64,000 bases of DNA from assembly GCF_006345805.1 (NCBI RefSeq), contig NC_042999.1:158162001-158226000 (forward strand). Direction: 5' to 3'. Source of the stretch: Octopus sinensis. Taxonomy: Eukaryota. The notes beneath the pieces are model-generated. The model saw only the letters and a program-made list of their open reading frames with translations, was not told the origin of the DNA and did not search any database. Positions within the stretch are counted from its first letter, which is position 1; each line of letters begins with the position of its first letter. The position numbers and the translations under genes are program-made. Positions 39,757 to 53,027 of the stretch are shown here, in pieces.

Positions 39757-39990
39757 TCTATTATATAAAATCCGTTCTTTGTGTCTGTGTGTGTGTCTTC
39801 TAGGATCTCGGGCATCCTCCATCTGATTGAGCTCAAATTTGATATGCAGATACCGACGGTATCAGGGCGTGTGTAAGTCTTGAAAAAATTACAAAAATCG
39901 ATTCCAGGTGAGAATGATTTCGATAAAGCTGTGGGAGCGTGCATTTGTACGCGGAAGTACATCAGCTGTTGCGATCGATACTACGCGTGC
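39757..39990 (+). mobile_element. Helitron-like 5' end (3' end not identified)
   Basis: A|TCTATTATATAAAA start, (TG)n-like tract, then ctgattgagctcaaatttgatatg, the same layout as the other Helitron 5' ends. Confidence 0.5.
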
Positions 39991-41180
39991 GTAAGAAAAA
40001 TGCACGTGCAGTTTGCGCAAAACATCATCATGCTTTTCCATCTAGATTGATCTCCAGCTAACCCATTTGCATGCATCGTTTTTGTCCTGCTTTTCTTCTG
40101 TCAACCTGTATATAACTGCACCTTCCATTTTTTGTTGTTTTTGTACTGCTTAACGGCACGTTTCTTTCCTGCCAAGCTTACTGTTTAAACCATGTTTGTG
40201 TTCTCCCAGTCAACAGCCTTATCATTACCGGTACTTTAAACCCTTCGGTTGTATATTTGTGTGAATAAAATCGTTCTTCTTTGGAATAGAAAACAAGTCT
40301 ATCTTTATTTCTTGTTTTGCTGGTGTTTCAAATTTAGGTTAAATCAGTGTTTCTCAAAAGGGAGGCCTATGGGACAGTCAGACAAGTTTTGAGAAAATTT
40401 GGTTTAGATGTTTGACAACTCAGCACCGTCCATTGGACGGGAGCGTTTTACATATTGATATACGCATAACTGTGTGGATGAGAAGCTCACTTCACAACCA
40501 CATAGTTTCGGGTTCAGTCCCACTGCATGGTACCTTGGGCAAGTGTCTTCTATTATAACTCCACGTAGACCAAAATGTTCCATCAATATATTAACGTCCA
40601 TTTATCCATGCTTGAATGAGTCAGACAGAATTTTAATGAGGCAGACTTCTTACGCCTGAATGCCCTTCTTGTCCCCAACCCTCACCTGTTTCCAAGTAAG
40701 GTGATATTTCTCTTTGACCAGTCGTGTTTTCACGAAAGACGGGAAACAAAGGACACCGCTTCTAGAATGGTGACATTCATTCACAACTATAACTTGATGT
40801 GAAGGCAAGAGGCAGTAACACACGCACATGCATGCACACTCACCCATGCATATACATATATACATATACAAAGGGATTCTTTCAATTTCCGTCTACCAAA
40901 TCCACTCATAAGGCTTTGGTCGGCCCGAGGCTATAGTAGAAGTCACTTGCCTTAGGTGACATGTAATAGGATTGAACACAGAGCCATCTAGTTGCAAAGC
41001 AAACCTCTTTCCAGATAGCCTTACCTGCCCTTTTGATAGACGGAATCTGAAAGAAGCCTGATGTACGTGTGTCCCTGATGTTGCATGATAGTTTTAAGCC
41101 AGTGTCACTCACACAAGCCGTATCACGTATCATTCGGTTTCAATTCTCGGTGAGGGCATGTCCGGTTGAATGAATGGAAA

Positions 41181-41287
<107 letters not shown>

Positions 41288-41332
41288 TTATCTATCTATC
41301 AGTCTGTCTATTTATACGTATACATATACATA

Positions 41333-41662
41333 CAGGGTGTGATGGGTAAATTGCCACAATTTTATGTTTTATATTGAACGAGAGACCCAAAAAGATCCTA
41401 GTAACACCAAAGATACACTGAAGGCAAAGATTATGGCAGCATTCACCAACTTAAACAAGGAGACCGTCCAGAAGAGTTGTAAGGGATTCCGAAATTGGTT
41501 GGAGGCCATGGTTGAAGCTGATGGCGATTTTATTGAATAAATTTACTCTTTGGTATTTCAAGATATTCTAATGTAATTTTGTTAAATGTATGTGTTAAAA
41601 TGAGATATCAAAGTTATTTTCATCTTTGCATAACTTAGACGACAGTTTATTTACTGCACCCT

Positions 41663-41663
<1 letters not shown>
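41333..41663 (+). mobile_element. Internally deleted maT/mariner element flanked by TA
   Basis: TA|CAGGGTG ... CACCCTG|TA. Encodes SNTKDTLKAKIMAAFTNLNKETVQKSCKGFRNWLEAMVEADGDFIE*, homologous to 9760-9925. Confidence 0.85.
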
Positions 41664-41706
<43 letters not shown>

Positions 41707-42470
41707 CATTCAACCACGGTATTGGTTGAATATATTCTTAAGTCCACCATTTCGTCAATCGCAGCAGCTTCCAAGCTTCACCACTCACTTCCCAACTAAA
41801 TTGCTAACTGTTGGTAATTTTAAAGAGGACATCTCCTCAGCTACACTTTGGCATAAATAGTTTGAGATTTGGATCAGTAGAAAAAAGTTACATAAAAAAA
41901 ATCTGCGACCTCGGAGGTGAGGGCAGTAAGGCACCTATTCATCTTCAATTAGCAAAAAAATTTCAATTTTAAATTAAAAGTACACTTTTTTTAGGCTTAA
42001 ATGATAGGAAAATGCATAAGTAATTCAGAATCACTAGTCGCATTGAACAAAAATTAGTAGAAAAAGAGTTATGAAGAATATATTTCTAAAATAAATGTTT
42101 ACTTCTTAAGGCGGGCGAGCTAGCAGAAATATTATCACGCTGAGATATTATCGATACTTATCGATACTGAGCTACTTATCGATACATCTTCACGTCATTT
42201 GAGTTCAAATTTCGCAGAGGTCGACTTCTACATACAGATTATTTAATCAACTTTTTTTTTTTTAGCTAAACACTTTAAAACTTCCGATACTGGTAGAATG
42301 TGTCACATAGAACGGCTTACTCTTAACGTTTTTGACAAAATTTTGTATTTTAGAAGTTATTCCGTCAGAAGTTACAGAGTGACAATGGAGAAATTCGTAT
42401 TTGATAAGTGCCAATACACGAAATTCTCAGCTTTTGACTTACTCTCTAACTTCTGCCGATGATATATATA

Positions 42471-42639
42471 GGCGCAGGAGTGGCTGTGTGGTAAGTAGCT
42501 TGCTTACCAACCACATGGTTCCGGGTTCAGTCCCATTGCGTAGCACCTTGGGCAAGTGTCTTCTACTATAGCCTCGAGCCAACCAAAGCCTTGTGAGTGG
42601 GTTTGGTAGACGGAAACTGAAAGAAGCCCGTCGTATATA

Positions 42640-42681
<42 letters not shown>

Positions 42682-43159
42682 AAAAAATATCTTTTGATAA
42701 GCATAACAAATGCGCAACCGGTAAAAAGAACTTTCACCTAATTAAATACACTCTCCCTTACTTAAATTATTTTGTCACCATTTTCTTCATTTCCTTTATA
42801 TATATATATATATATATATATAAAAAGGGTAAAGACCCCCTTCGGTCATGAGTGACCATGGGTTTGCACCTAGAGAGTTACCCTCTGAGGCACAAGTCTG
42901 GGCAAGGTTGTTTTTATGGAAGACCAGTAGTCGCCCATGCATACCGGCCTTCCCTCTCCACGCCACCAGTGTTATCCAAGGGAAAGACAAAGGTCGATAC
43001 AGCTTGGCACCTGTGACGTCGCAACTCATTTCTACAGCTGAGTGAACTGGAGCAACGTGAAATAAAGTGTCTTGCTCAAGAACACAACATGCAGCCCGGT
43101 CCGGGATTCGAGCTCACAACCTCACGATCGTAAGCTCGACGCTCTAACCACTGAGCCAT

Positions 43160-43197
<38 letters not shown>

Positions 43198-43455
43198 TTA
43201 TATATGTATGTATGGATGGATATAAATGTATGTATGTGTGTGTATATGTTTGTGTGTCTGTGTTTGTCTCCCCACCACCTTCGCTTGACAACCGATGCTG
43301 GTGTGTTTACGTCCCCGTAACTTAGCGGTTAGGCAAAAAGTAGAATAAGTAATAGGCTTACAAAGAATAAGTCCTGGGGCCGATTTGTTCGACTAAAGGC
43401 GGCACTCCAGCATGGCCGCAGTCAGATGACTGAAATAAGTAAAAGAGTAAAGAGT
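42471..43455 (+). mobile_element. SINE family a split by insertions including SINE family c
   Basis: 5' half at 42471-42633 and 3' half at 43255-43455. Confidence 0.75.
42822..43163 (-). mobile_element. tRNA(Arg)-like SINE, family c, full length
   Basis: Head gcgcatggctcagtggttagagcgtcgagcttacgatcgtgaggttgtgagctcgaatcccgg, with ACG in the anticodon position. Confidence 0.8.
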
Positions 43456-44109
43456 ATATGTATAAAAAAATCTCATCACGCAATTGACCTAATGAAAGAG
43501 CCTGTACCTGGTCGCTCGACACGCTAAAAATAGCAGCCAAAGTATCCCAACGTAAATCAGATGCCCATTGTATGTAATGTCTTACATTATCCCCAAAAAG
43601 GCTTGAATGTCTTTGATGATAGGTTTGCAGTATCAGAGTTTATTTGAGGCTAAATAACAACATTATGTTAAATGTCTATATTAACATCCGCACGATTTTC
43701 ACTAAGGGAAAAACAAAATGATATTTTGCGTGGAATTAAGTACCCTGACCTCCTAATATGCTGCAAATCCCTTATTTTGGTTCGGAAAAAAATGAGGTAG
43801 GCGGGGGGGTGGGGTGGATCCCAGAATCCTTGGAATTTTTTTTTTCGTTGAATGAATTCCTGCGACCTCCTAATATTACAAAATTAGGTTACTTATGGTG
43901 AGCCTGGTAACTGATAGTTTTAGGGTCTTCCTGTTTGTAACATTTGGTGAGCCATGGTGCAACCAACAACATGGTAAATATTGAAATATTATCATCACTT
44001 ATATGGAAAAATTGAAATATTATCTTTCAGTAGTTTATAAGGTAAAATCTTAAATTATTAATTGACACTATTAATTATCTTAAAACAGCAATGCCTGGAA
44101 AAATCATGG

Positions 44110-44588
44110 ATTACATGGAAAAATGCGAGCATAAAAAGTATTATTCTTAAGATTATAAACCTGGAAAAGGACAGGACAAACTATTACTTCAAGTAAATTA
44201 AAGAATAAGAAACTTTTACTTAAAATATTGCAGCTAAAATATAAAAAATTATTTTATTATAGTTTAGAAATAACACTATATTTATTTAAACAGAATTTGG
44301 CTAATTTACTACTTTAAATAAAGAAAATAGTAACTAATTAGACAAACTTACAAATTGGCTGAACAGTTTTGTACAATAAATTTAAAAGATGAGAACTGTA
44401 AAGAGTGATAAATTAGAAGAACTGGCATTCTTTGCTGCAATAATTTAAGTAAAGAGTTTCTTATTCTTTACTTTACTAGAAGTAACAGCTTGTCCTATAC
44501 TTTTACATGTGTAATAACGTGCCCTGTACTTTTCCATGTTTATAATCTTAAGAGTATGACTTTTCATGCTCACGTTTTTCCATGTAAT
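44110..44588. repeat. MITE-like long imperfect inverted repeat (125/155-bp arms)
   Basis: attacatggaaaaatgcgagcat...ttattgcagc-like arm versus its reverse complement at 44434-44588. The left arm lacks about 28 nt. Confidence 0.75.
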
Positions 44589-45750
44589 ATATATAACGGG
44601 CTTCAGTACAGTTTCAAGTAGCCAGATTCACTCAGGCTGTTAGTGCATTGGTTTTGAAATTGAATAATTCCTGTTGATGTTGGAGAAAAGTAATCGGAGA
44701 ATTTCAAACTTCTGTTGTAATTTCCATTGACCGATATAAAGATTGCTATGCGTGCATTCCATTGAAGTGACTCTTTGTTTCTATTCCAGGCGTCTGTCAG
44801 CAAACATCTCATGTCAATACTGCATGTCAACTGTTGTTAATCGTAACAGCATCTCTTAAACTAATATCGTTTCAGAGATATCTGAGCTGGTATGCAAACA
44901 ATCAGTCCATCAATCAATTAATCAATCGAACTAGTGAAAATCTGAAGCACGCAAATTTATTTTGTTTAGTAATTGGATATGCTGAACAGTCTGAGAGTAA
45001 AGTAAAAATGTTTTGCCAATAATTACTTTTAGTCGTAAAGTAATAGCGAAGTGTTAAGCACCTAAAGATACACTTATTGAATCCCTAAAACATATCGAAG
45101 ATCTATTTCTAAGAAAAACAAAAGCAATAGGATAACACAACATTTGATGCCAAAATCAGTTAATAGAATACGAGGAATCCATAAGGAAGCAGGATAATAG
45201 AAGGGAGCATTCAAAGCGTTCTTAAGTGATGCATATATGTACGTAACGTGTACATGTATCTTGTAATAATAATCTCAACTTTTCTTAAAATGCATTAGTT
45301 TATTTAAATACGCAAAAACGACTGAGACCGCGACCTCGATAATTGAGAAATAGAGGATTATTTATATTTGTTATAATTTAGAACAAACAGTAAAAAGTTA
45401 TTATAGTACACGGAGTTTCAAATGTCGGAGCAAAGAGCTACGATACATTCTTGTTGGCTATTAATGGCAACAGACGCTATGAAAAACCGTTAAATAAAAG
45501 GGGAGTAACTCTAATAAGTGGGAAAAATATATAGAAAATACACGCAACTATATTCTCACAATACATAAAACCTCCGGCGTGTACATACGTATACACTCAA
45601 CGAAACATATATTTACACACACACACACACACAAACATATATGTATGTACGTACTCGTACATATACATATATCCACACACACACACGGTAAAAACGGTAA
45701 GATAACAAAAGAAAGAAAGAGACCTCAATACTATGTAGATAGAGGAAATT

Positions 45751-45804
<54 letters not shown>

Positions 45805-46376
45805 TGTGTGTGTGTGTACACAACCCCATCCTGGTATACACATAGTCGCTTACATGCATACATCTAACATAATACTGCGTTAGTCGAGTACAGAGCGTAA
45901 TAAGAAAATGAGATGACAAAGGAACTAACAAACATCTTATATTCGAGACTCCGATAAAGGTATGTGGCGTTACTTAGGCACTCAGTTATGAGTCCACTGC
46001 ATCTTAGTAAAACGGCTGCAAAGCTAATGAAGTTCAGAAGATAATAGAAATCTGTGTTTGCGGGGAGAAATGTTAAACACATTGCTACGCCTACGCTTAT
46101 ATTTTATATCTTTTTAAAATAAAGCAAATCTGTATAATGTACTGCAATATATTATCAATGCTATTTCTTTAGTATTTGGACAATGTTGTATAAACAAAAG
46201 AACATGAAATAATTCAGAATGAAAAAGGATAATAGCTATTTATTTCTATATTCTTGAAGATATAAATTTAATATCTTTTCACCTTTTAGTTTCTTTAACC
46301 AAGACACTAGTTTACACAAAGAAACAAACACCAACACACATGAATGCATGTGTGTATATGTATGTATGTATGTATG

Positions 46377-46409
<33 letters not shown>

Positions 46410-46654
46410 GTATGTGTATGTATGTGTGTATGATTGTATCCAACTATATAGATATATTTCTATATATATTATTCATGTCTATATGTTATGTCATAACTAT
46501 TTCTCTCTCTGTCCCTCTCTCTCTCTCTCTCTATCTATATATGATACATATGGATAGATAAAGCGATAAGATCGTTTGTAGAAAACATAAATCCAGAGAA
46601 GCACACTCTAAGTTTTCCTCTGTCTTCCCTTCTCTGGATCTTTCCTTCTCCTGT

Positions 46655-46689
46655 GTTTCCGACGAAGAGCTCCGCTCGAAACGTTAAAC
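46655..46689 (+). ncRNA. Hammerhead-like fold with a variant core (CCGACGA), family A subfamily
   Basis: GUUU-CCGACGA-A-GAGC(UCC)GCUC-GAA-ACGU-U/AAAC. Stem I covaries relative to CUUU/AAAG in other copies. A second copy lies at 58371-58404 on the minus strand. Confidence 0.5.
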
Positions 46690-46800
46690 CCTCCTTCTTT
46701 CCTTCTTTCCTGAGCGTCCAATAATACTTTATTTGTTCCACGTCCTCGCGTTGTTGTGTTTTCTTGTGCTTTCTTGTTTGGATTAACTTTATATATATAT

Positions 46801-46858
<58 letters not shown>

Positions 46859-47228
46859 AATAAATGCATACACGTACATACACACGCACATGCATATGTT
46901 TGTCATTTTTCAGTTTTATTTCAAAATTTCTTGCCAACAGAGAAAGAGCCCGTTTCTAACCTAGATCCAAGGCTCCTTCGGAATTTCAACATCAACAGGG
47001 TACTATTGTATGTATGTATGTATGTATGTATGTATGTATGTATGTATGTATGTATGTATGTATGTATGTATGTATGTATGTATGTATGTATGTATGTATG
47101 TATGTATGTATGTATGTATGTACGTATGTATGTATGTATGTATGTATGTACGTATGTAAGTATGTATGTATGTATGTATGTATGTATGTATGTATGTATG
47201 TATGTATGTATGTATGTATGTATGCATG

Positions 47229-50194
47229 CAGATTTGTATGTTTTGTTTTATGCATGTATTCTCGTAATTATAGTTGCATGTCTATACATGCTCATATATA
47301 CCTAAATGATAAACTTCTAGAAAGATTTACAGATTTATACAGTTCCATTGATGGCTTGGATCTGTAGTCTTCAAATCAGCTTTCTCCTTTTTAATTTTGA
47401 GAAGCCTATCTTTTTAAGATTGGTGTTTAGGCAGTGTGTTACATATTCCAGTGCCCCAATAATTACAGTATAAACCTGAACTTGTAATTTGGATAGAGTA
47501 GCTGTAGATTCCTCAGTAGTTCAGCAAAGGCATTTTCTTTTTCGCTGATCGTTAGGTTTATGTTAACATCCACTGGGCAGCTGTTTTCCAAATCTGTACA
47601 CAATTTCCCTTCTCTATCCCAAATTACTATGTCTGGTCTATTGTGTTTGCATTTTATTGAGGTTTTCATTGGGATATTCTACCAGTACTCCTTTTTATTA
47701 TGAGTGGCTCTGGCTTCTACCATACAGTGGATTCTTATCTCTTTAGCCTCGAGGTTATCCTTCTGACGGATTGTATAATACAGTGTCCTAGCTACAACAT
47801 CATATCTCATCAGTAGATAATACCGTGATGACATTTTCGGACAACTGCTTATGATGTGGGTGATATCATCGGTATCAACTCAACTAAGTTTGCATCGTTT
47901 ATTACATTTTGCTGCTTTTCCTGCGACCCTGTCCCTTTTGTGCATCAGGTATTTGGTTGATATTTCTTGTTCCTGGATTACAAACACATACCCTTCAAAG
48001 TGGGAGTTAGTAATCTATTTGTTGGTCCATGATAGACTGCTTTGATGATCAATGTTACTATCATCCTAGAGCTTTCTGCTAACATATCCATGCACGGTCT
48101 TCTGCTGATATACTCTCATCCTTTCATCTGATGATGCGCTGCGGTAGAGTCGTGCAACTTCTTTAGGCATGTACTTAGGTTATCAGTCAAGGAATGTAGC
48201 TCAAAGAGCTGCTTTTCAAGTCTCATGATGTTATCGGCCTCGCGTATACAAACTCGGATGCGCTTCGACATTTGGTGGTTAAAAGATGTTGCCAAAGGGA
48301 TATGATAGGACATTCAAAGGCAGCTTGGATTGATTTAATATCTTTATTTCAAGATTTCTTGCCAACAGAAAGAGCCCGTTTCTAATCTAGATCCAAGGCT
48401 CCTTTGGAAATAATGTATACACATACATACACACGCACATGCATATGTTTGTCATTTTTCAGTTTTATTTCAAGATTTCTTATACAACATTGTCCAAATA
48501 GATAAAGAGATAAAATCGTCTCTGCCACCTCGTTTTAGTTTTAGGTAGAGGTGGTCTTCGTCAAAGTTCATGTGGAAATTAAGTGTGTTGGTTAGTATAT
48601 TCACATCAATGGCTCGGATCTCATCAAGCGTTCTGTCAAATAGCCTAAATGTTGATCTAATTACTGAAATGTAAACACAGTTTTTATTAAATGCAGAAAG
48701 TTCCGAGGTCCATATTTTATTTATTCTAGTGTAATATACTTTAATGATACGTATCTTGTTACAGGTGCCATCGTAAGATATGCTTTCATCTACCCCAAAG
48801 TATTTGTAACATTCCTCGTCAGGTACAAGGGAAACAGTTAAGTCATTGATGGAAATGTTTTCCCTCTTTTCACAACCAAGTAGCAACATTTATCCTGACC
48901 AAACTACAACCCTATATCCTTTGCAAATTATGTAACCAGCTCAAGACCCTTTTTCATCATATGCATAATCTTTGCATAAAGTTTCAAGTCATCCACAAAG
49001 AAACAGTGTGCAATTTTGGTATTTCTGTTTCCTTGTAAACCACTGAGATATCCTTCAGACTTCCTTATCATGAATGACAAGGGGTTTACAGCATGTATAA
49101 ACAACATCACAGAGAGGTTGCCCCCTTGGAGAGCTGGCAGACACGTTTGCGCGCTGGGCGGAATGCTTAGCGGTATTTCGTCTGTCGTTACGTTCTGAGT
49201 TCAAATTCCACCGAGGTCGACTTTGCCTTTCATCCTTTCGGGGTCAATAAATAAAAGTACCAGTTTCGCACTGGGGTCGATGTAATCGACTTAATCTCTT
49301 TGTCTTTCCTTGTTTGTCCCCTCTATGTTTAGCCCCTTGTGGGCAATAAAGAAATATATACCTTTGCGATACTGTATTCTATCTGATAATACAATCACAC
49401 CTTGTTTTTAACTTCATGAAGTCAGTTCAGCAATGTTCACTAGAACAGCAAGTCAAAGAGCTTCAAGCATCCATTAGTGGGGGACAGAATCAAAGGCTTT
49501 ATTGTAATCCAACCACATTGAAATGAGGTTCCTCCTATGCTCCCTCACTTATGACTTGTGATGATGTTATTGATGTTATGTGATGATGTTATTGCTTTCA
49601 CAACGGTCTAGCAGAAAGAGGTTTAAACATGCTGTGTATAAAATATACTTTAAATTCTGGCATGCAAGTGGGTGGTAGTTTTTTGCCTTGTGGGTGGTTC
49701 CGCATTTGGGGATCAGTTTTGTTTCTGTCAGAGCTAACTATTCCCAATGAGAGCTTGCTGGTGCAGGTTGATATGATATGGTTGGTAGAAGGTTAGCTTC
49801 TTGTTCCAGTATGCAACAATTAAGTCTCTTCCAGGTGCTTTTCCATCGTGAAGTTTCTGGATCTCAGCTGAAATGGTTTAACCATCAATGCTGTGTCTTG
49901 GGCGTTATGCAGGGACGATAACTTCTTCGAATTTCTTCCAGCCACAGAGCCTCTTGGTTAAACTCTATCTCTTCGCTCTAGATTTTTCTCCAGAGGAGTT
50001 TATCTCTCTCGCGAAAGCGCCTCTGTGATGTTTACTGCTTCTCCTTTCGTGTACACTGCTGCCTGGCTCCGGTTCAAGTTTTTGTTTATTGTTTTTCTCT
50101 GATGTCGGAGTTTCTCAGTGACAGCTTTTAGCTCCTGCTTGACGGTAAGCAGTTTGCAAGTGTGTGTCCATTTTTTTGCTCCAAACATCACTTC
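47229..50194 (-). mobile_element. 5'-truncated R4/Dong-clade LINE (RT, CCHC knuckle, restriction-like endonuclease) inside a (TACA)n array
   Basis: KGI/FQGGNLSVMLFIHAVNPLS, HCFFVDDLKLY, YKYFG, RGGR, EGYVFVIQEQEISTKY, DITHIISSC, HNRPDIVIWD...SCPVDVN...EKEN...IIGAL. Interrupted at 48343-48520 and 49131-49356. Confidence 0.9.
49131..49356 (+). mobile_element. SINE family b inserted into the RT motif of the Dong element
   Basis: Removing it rejoins caaaggtata|tccaagggg (KGI/FQG) on the minus strand. Confidence 0.85.
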
Positions 50195-51689
50195 TATGTA
50201 TGTATGTATGTTATGTATGTATGTATGTATGTATGTATGTATGTATGTATGCATGTATGTATGTATGCATGTATGCATGTATGCATGTATGCATGTATGT
50301 ATGTATGTATGTATGTATGTATGTATGTATGTATGTATGTATGTATGTATGCATGCATGCATGCATGTATGCATGTATATATATATGTACGTATGTATGT
50401 ACGTATGTATGTATGTACGTATGTATGTATGTATGTACGTCTGTACGTATGTATGTGCGTACGTATGTATGTATGTATGTATGTATGTATGTACGTATGT
50501 ACGTATGTATGTATGTATGTATGTATGTATGTATGTATGTATGTGTGTTTGCTATTGTACAAGACACTTGCCCGATGGAGATCATCGGTACGACAACTAT
50601 CCCACTTTATCTCCAGCAAGGGCCATAATTATACACAAAAAGAGTAGAACCCATTTATGGCCTTGGTAATTTGTATAAATTATAATATAATGAATTACGA
50701 GAAATAAATTAGTATCGTTAGTATCATGTATATGAACAGCGTACACAAATATAAGTATATTTCTTTTTCTAATATGGAGTCGGTCTCAAATGTTGCATAA
50801 TAATTTTAAGTTTAATGAATCAAGAATTTACGTTGTGTGGTATTCGATATACACATGAACATCCAGTAATAGGATTAGGTCTGGATAAGGATTTGTTGTA
50901 TGCTAACAGTTAAAAATTTAAATTTTAAAAGAACTCAAAAAATTTGTGATCTTACAAGTTTTTCATTTAAATTTGAATGTAAGGTATTACATATTTGTAG
51001 GGTACCAATAAATGCTTTATCATCATCGCTATCTGTAGTTTTGGGCTGCAGGCCCAATTATCCCTCCAATTAGCCCTCCAGTGTGCGGCATTTAAACCAG
51101 TATACAATATAAGTAAGCGGGTAATGAGTGATACATTCTCCAATGATGTTCTCTAACTAATATAACAATAATTATTTCCGATCATAATGTAAATTTCATC
51201 AGCTCCTTCATACACAGTATGTGATGTACATACCAGCATATTTTATGTTTTCTTTAGAGATACTTGCTTAGATGCTCCAGCCAGTACTGATAAAGTCCCA
51301 GCTTGTAGCGCAAATCTAGAGAAAACTGAACTGCTTGTAGACTGTTACACACCTGGCTGGCGGATCTTAGTGGTCTTGTTACTCATGATGTAAAGATGTT
51401 TCATCACATTTTTCTTTAGACCAAACGTCTCAGCTGCTAGACTGACGATAGTAGACAGTGTACATAGGCGACGATCGGCCTTTGCTGTTGCGTCCAAGAT
51501 GGAGTCGACATTTTCATCAAACTACAGTCTCTCCATGGGGCTACTTCATCCGTTCAGCTACTCTTGGTTGGTCTGGGGCATATGGCAACTACAGTTTACG
51601 TGAACAGTGATTTGACTTCGAGCCTAGCCTCTCCTGCGTCTTACTAAGTTCGTTCCTATGCGTTGTGGAACTTGCACAGTCCGCATACA

Positions 51690-52120
51690 TTTCATCTTGG
51701 TCTGGTGACGATTTACATAATGCAGCCCCTTACGAATGTTCTCATGTTCCTATAGTATATCCATTATAGATTTTCTCCTGCCATTATCTCCTGCTTTGTC
51801 TTAATGTGATACCCATCCTTCCTCACTCGGGATTCTCCTTAATTTGATCACTAACTTATACTGTTTATTTCTCCCACATGTGACCCCGCTAACCCGCACT
51901 GCTTCGTTATCACCTCTCTAAATTACCCAATACCTCCTCAGCAATCACACACTGTTCTTAATGGTTAACAGCATGGTTCTAGAATCTGCTGGTCACTCCA
52001 GAGAAAAGTTTCTTCATACACCATTTTGTGATGCGCCGGATACTTCTTAAGTGACGTTAGCCGGGGTAATTTTTATTGCTGCTCTTTGAACAATCAGACA
52101 TCCGCGCTCAGGTAATCCTC
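51690..52120 (-). mobile_element. Highly degenerate RTE-type LINE 3' region
   Basis: Only weak remnants (WCMKKL.., GDNGRRK.. for GKRGRGRP). Confidence 0.4.
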
Positions 52121-52488
52121 GTTTATAATACTCATCTTTATTATAGAAGACGGTTTTATGGTTCCTAGATATTTCTGTTTAAAGATTCTTTACTTCCGAC
52201 ATTAACTGACTTCAATAGACTTATTTCGGCGAGTTTATAGTTGATATACGATAACATATATAATTAAACTTTGGTGGAAACCTTGGAAATAGGATACCAT
52301 CAAAGAGGACATTGCTTCCATTTATTGTCACAATGCTAATTCACGAACATTCTCTGACGCATACAATGCATATATAATAAATACGTACGTACATACGTGC
52401 ATTCGTACATAAATATATACCTGTGTGTATGTATGCTTATATGTATGTATAATGTATGTATGAATGTATATACTTATGCATGTATGTA

Positions 52489-52594
<106 letters not shown>

Positions 52595-52629
52595 TGTATG
52601 TATGTATGTATGTATATAATAATTATTAT

Positions 52630-53020
52630 TTGAGGGAATAAAATCCAAACTTACAAGGTAAAAAATTCAATTTAGAAATACTAAATCAAATTTCACACAA
52701 TATAATATATATAAAATTAGAAAAAAACCCCACCTTTAATCAATTCAAAAAGAACAATTAAATTACACAATCTAGAAAATTACATATAATAGAAATATTA
52801 AAATTAAAATAACAATAAAATGTCAAAGATTAAGTAAATTGCAAAAAATAGTAATAAAAACGTATATAATTTGTAGAATAACGAAACGTGTTTCGTGGCT
52901 ATATTTAAGAAATGATTATAGTAGTATAAATCACTTCGATATAAATATAGTCACTCATCAGGTTAAAAATAAACTAGAAGAATAAAATAATTAATTAATA
53001 AATATACTTTGATATATATA
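52630..53020 (-). mobile_element. PLE-like AT-rich repeat carrying the hammerhead; inverted copy at ~55075-55345
   Basis: The reverse complement of 52720-53020 aligns closely with 55075-55345. Confidence 0.75.
52879..52965 (-). ncRNA. Predicted type-I hammerhead ribozyme (CUGAUGA core, long stem II) in a PLE-like repeat
   Basis: UAAC-CUGAUGA-GUGACUAUAUUUA...UAAAUAUAGCCAC-GAAACACGUUUC/GUUA. 12 of 13 pairs in basal stem II. G16.2 is changed to U in this copy. Confidence 0.7.
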
Positions 53021-53027
53021 TATATAT

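Noticed and set aside
46925-46985. Hammerhead remnant in the ...gaaggagccttggatctaggttagaaac... family (also 18545-18590 and 48360-48405, minus strand)
   Set aside because: A stem plus GAAAC is present, but the 5' core does not match CUGANGA and stem III is not palindromic. At most a distant relic.
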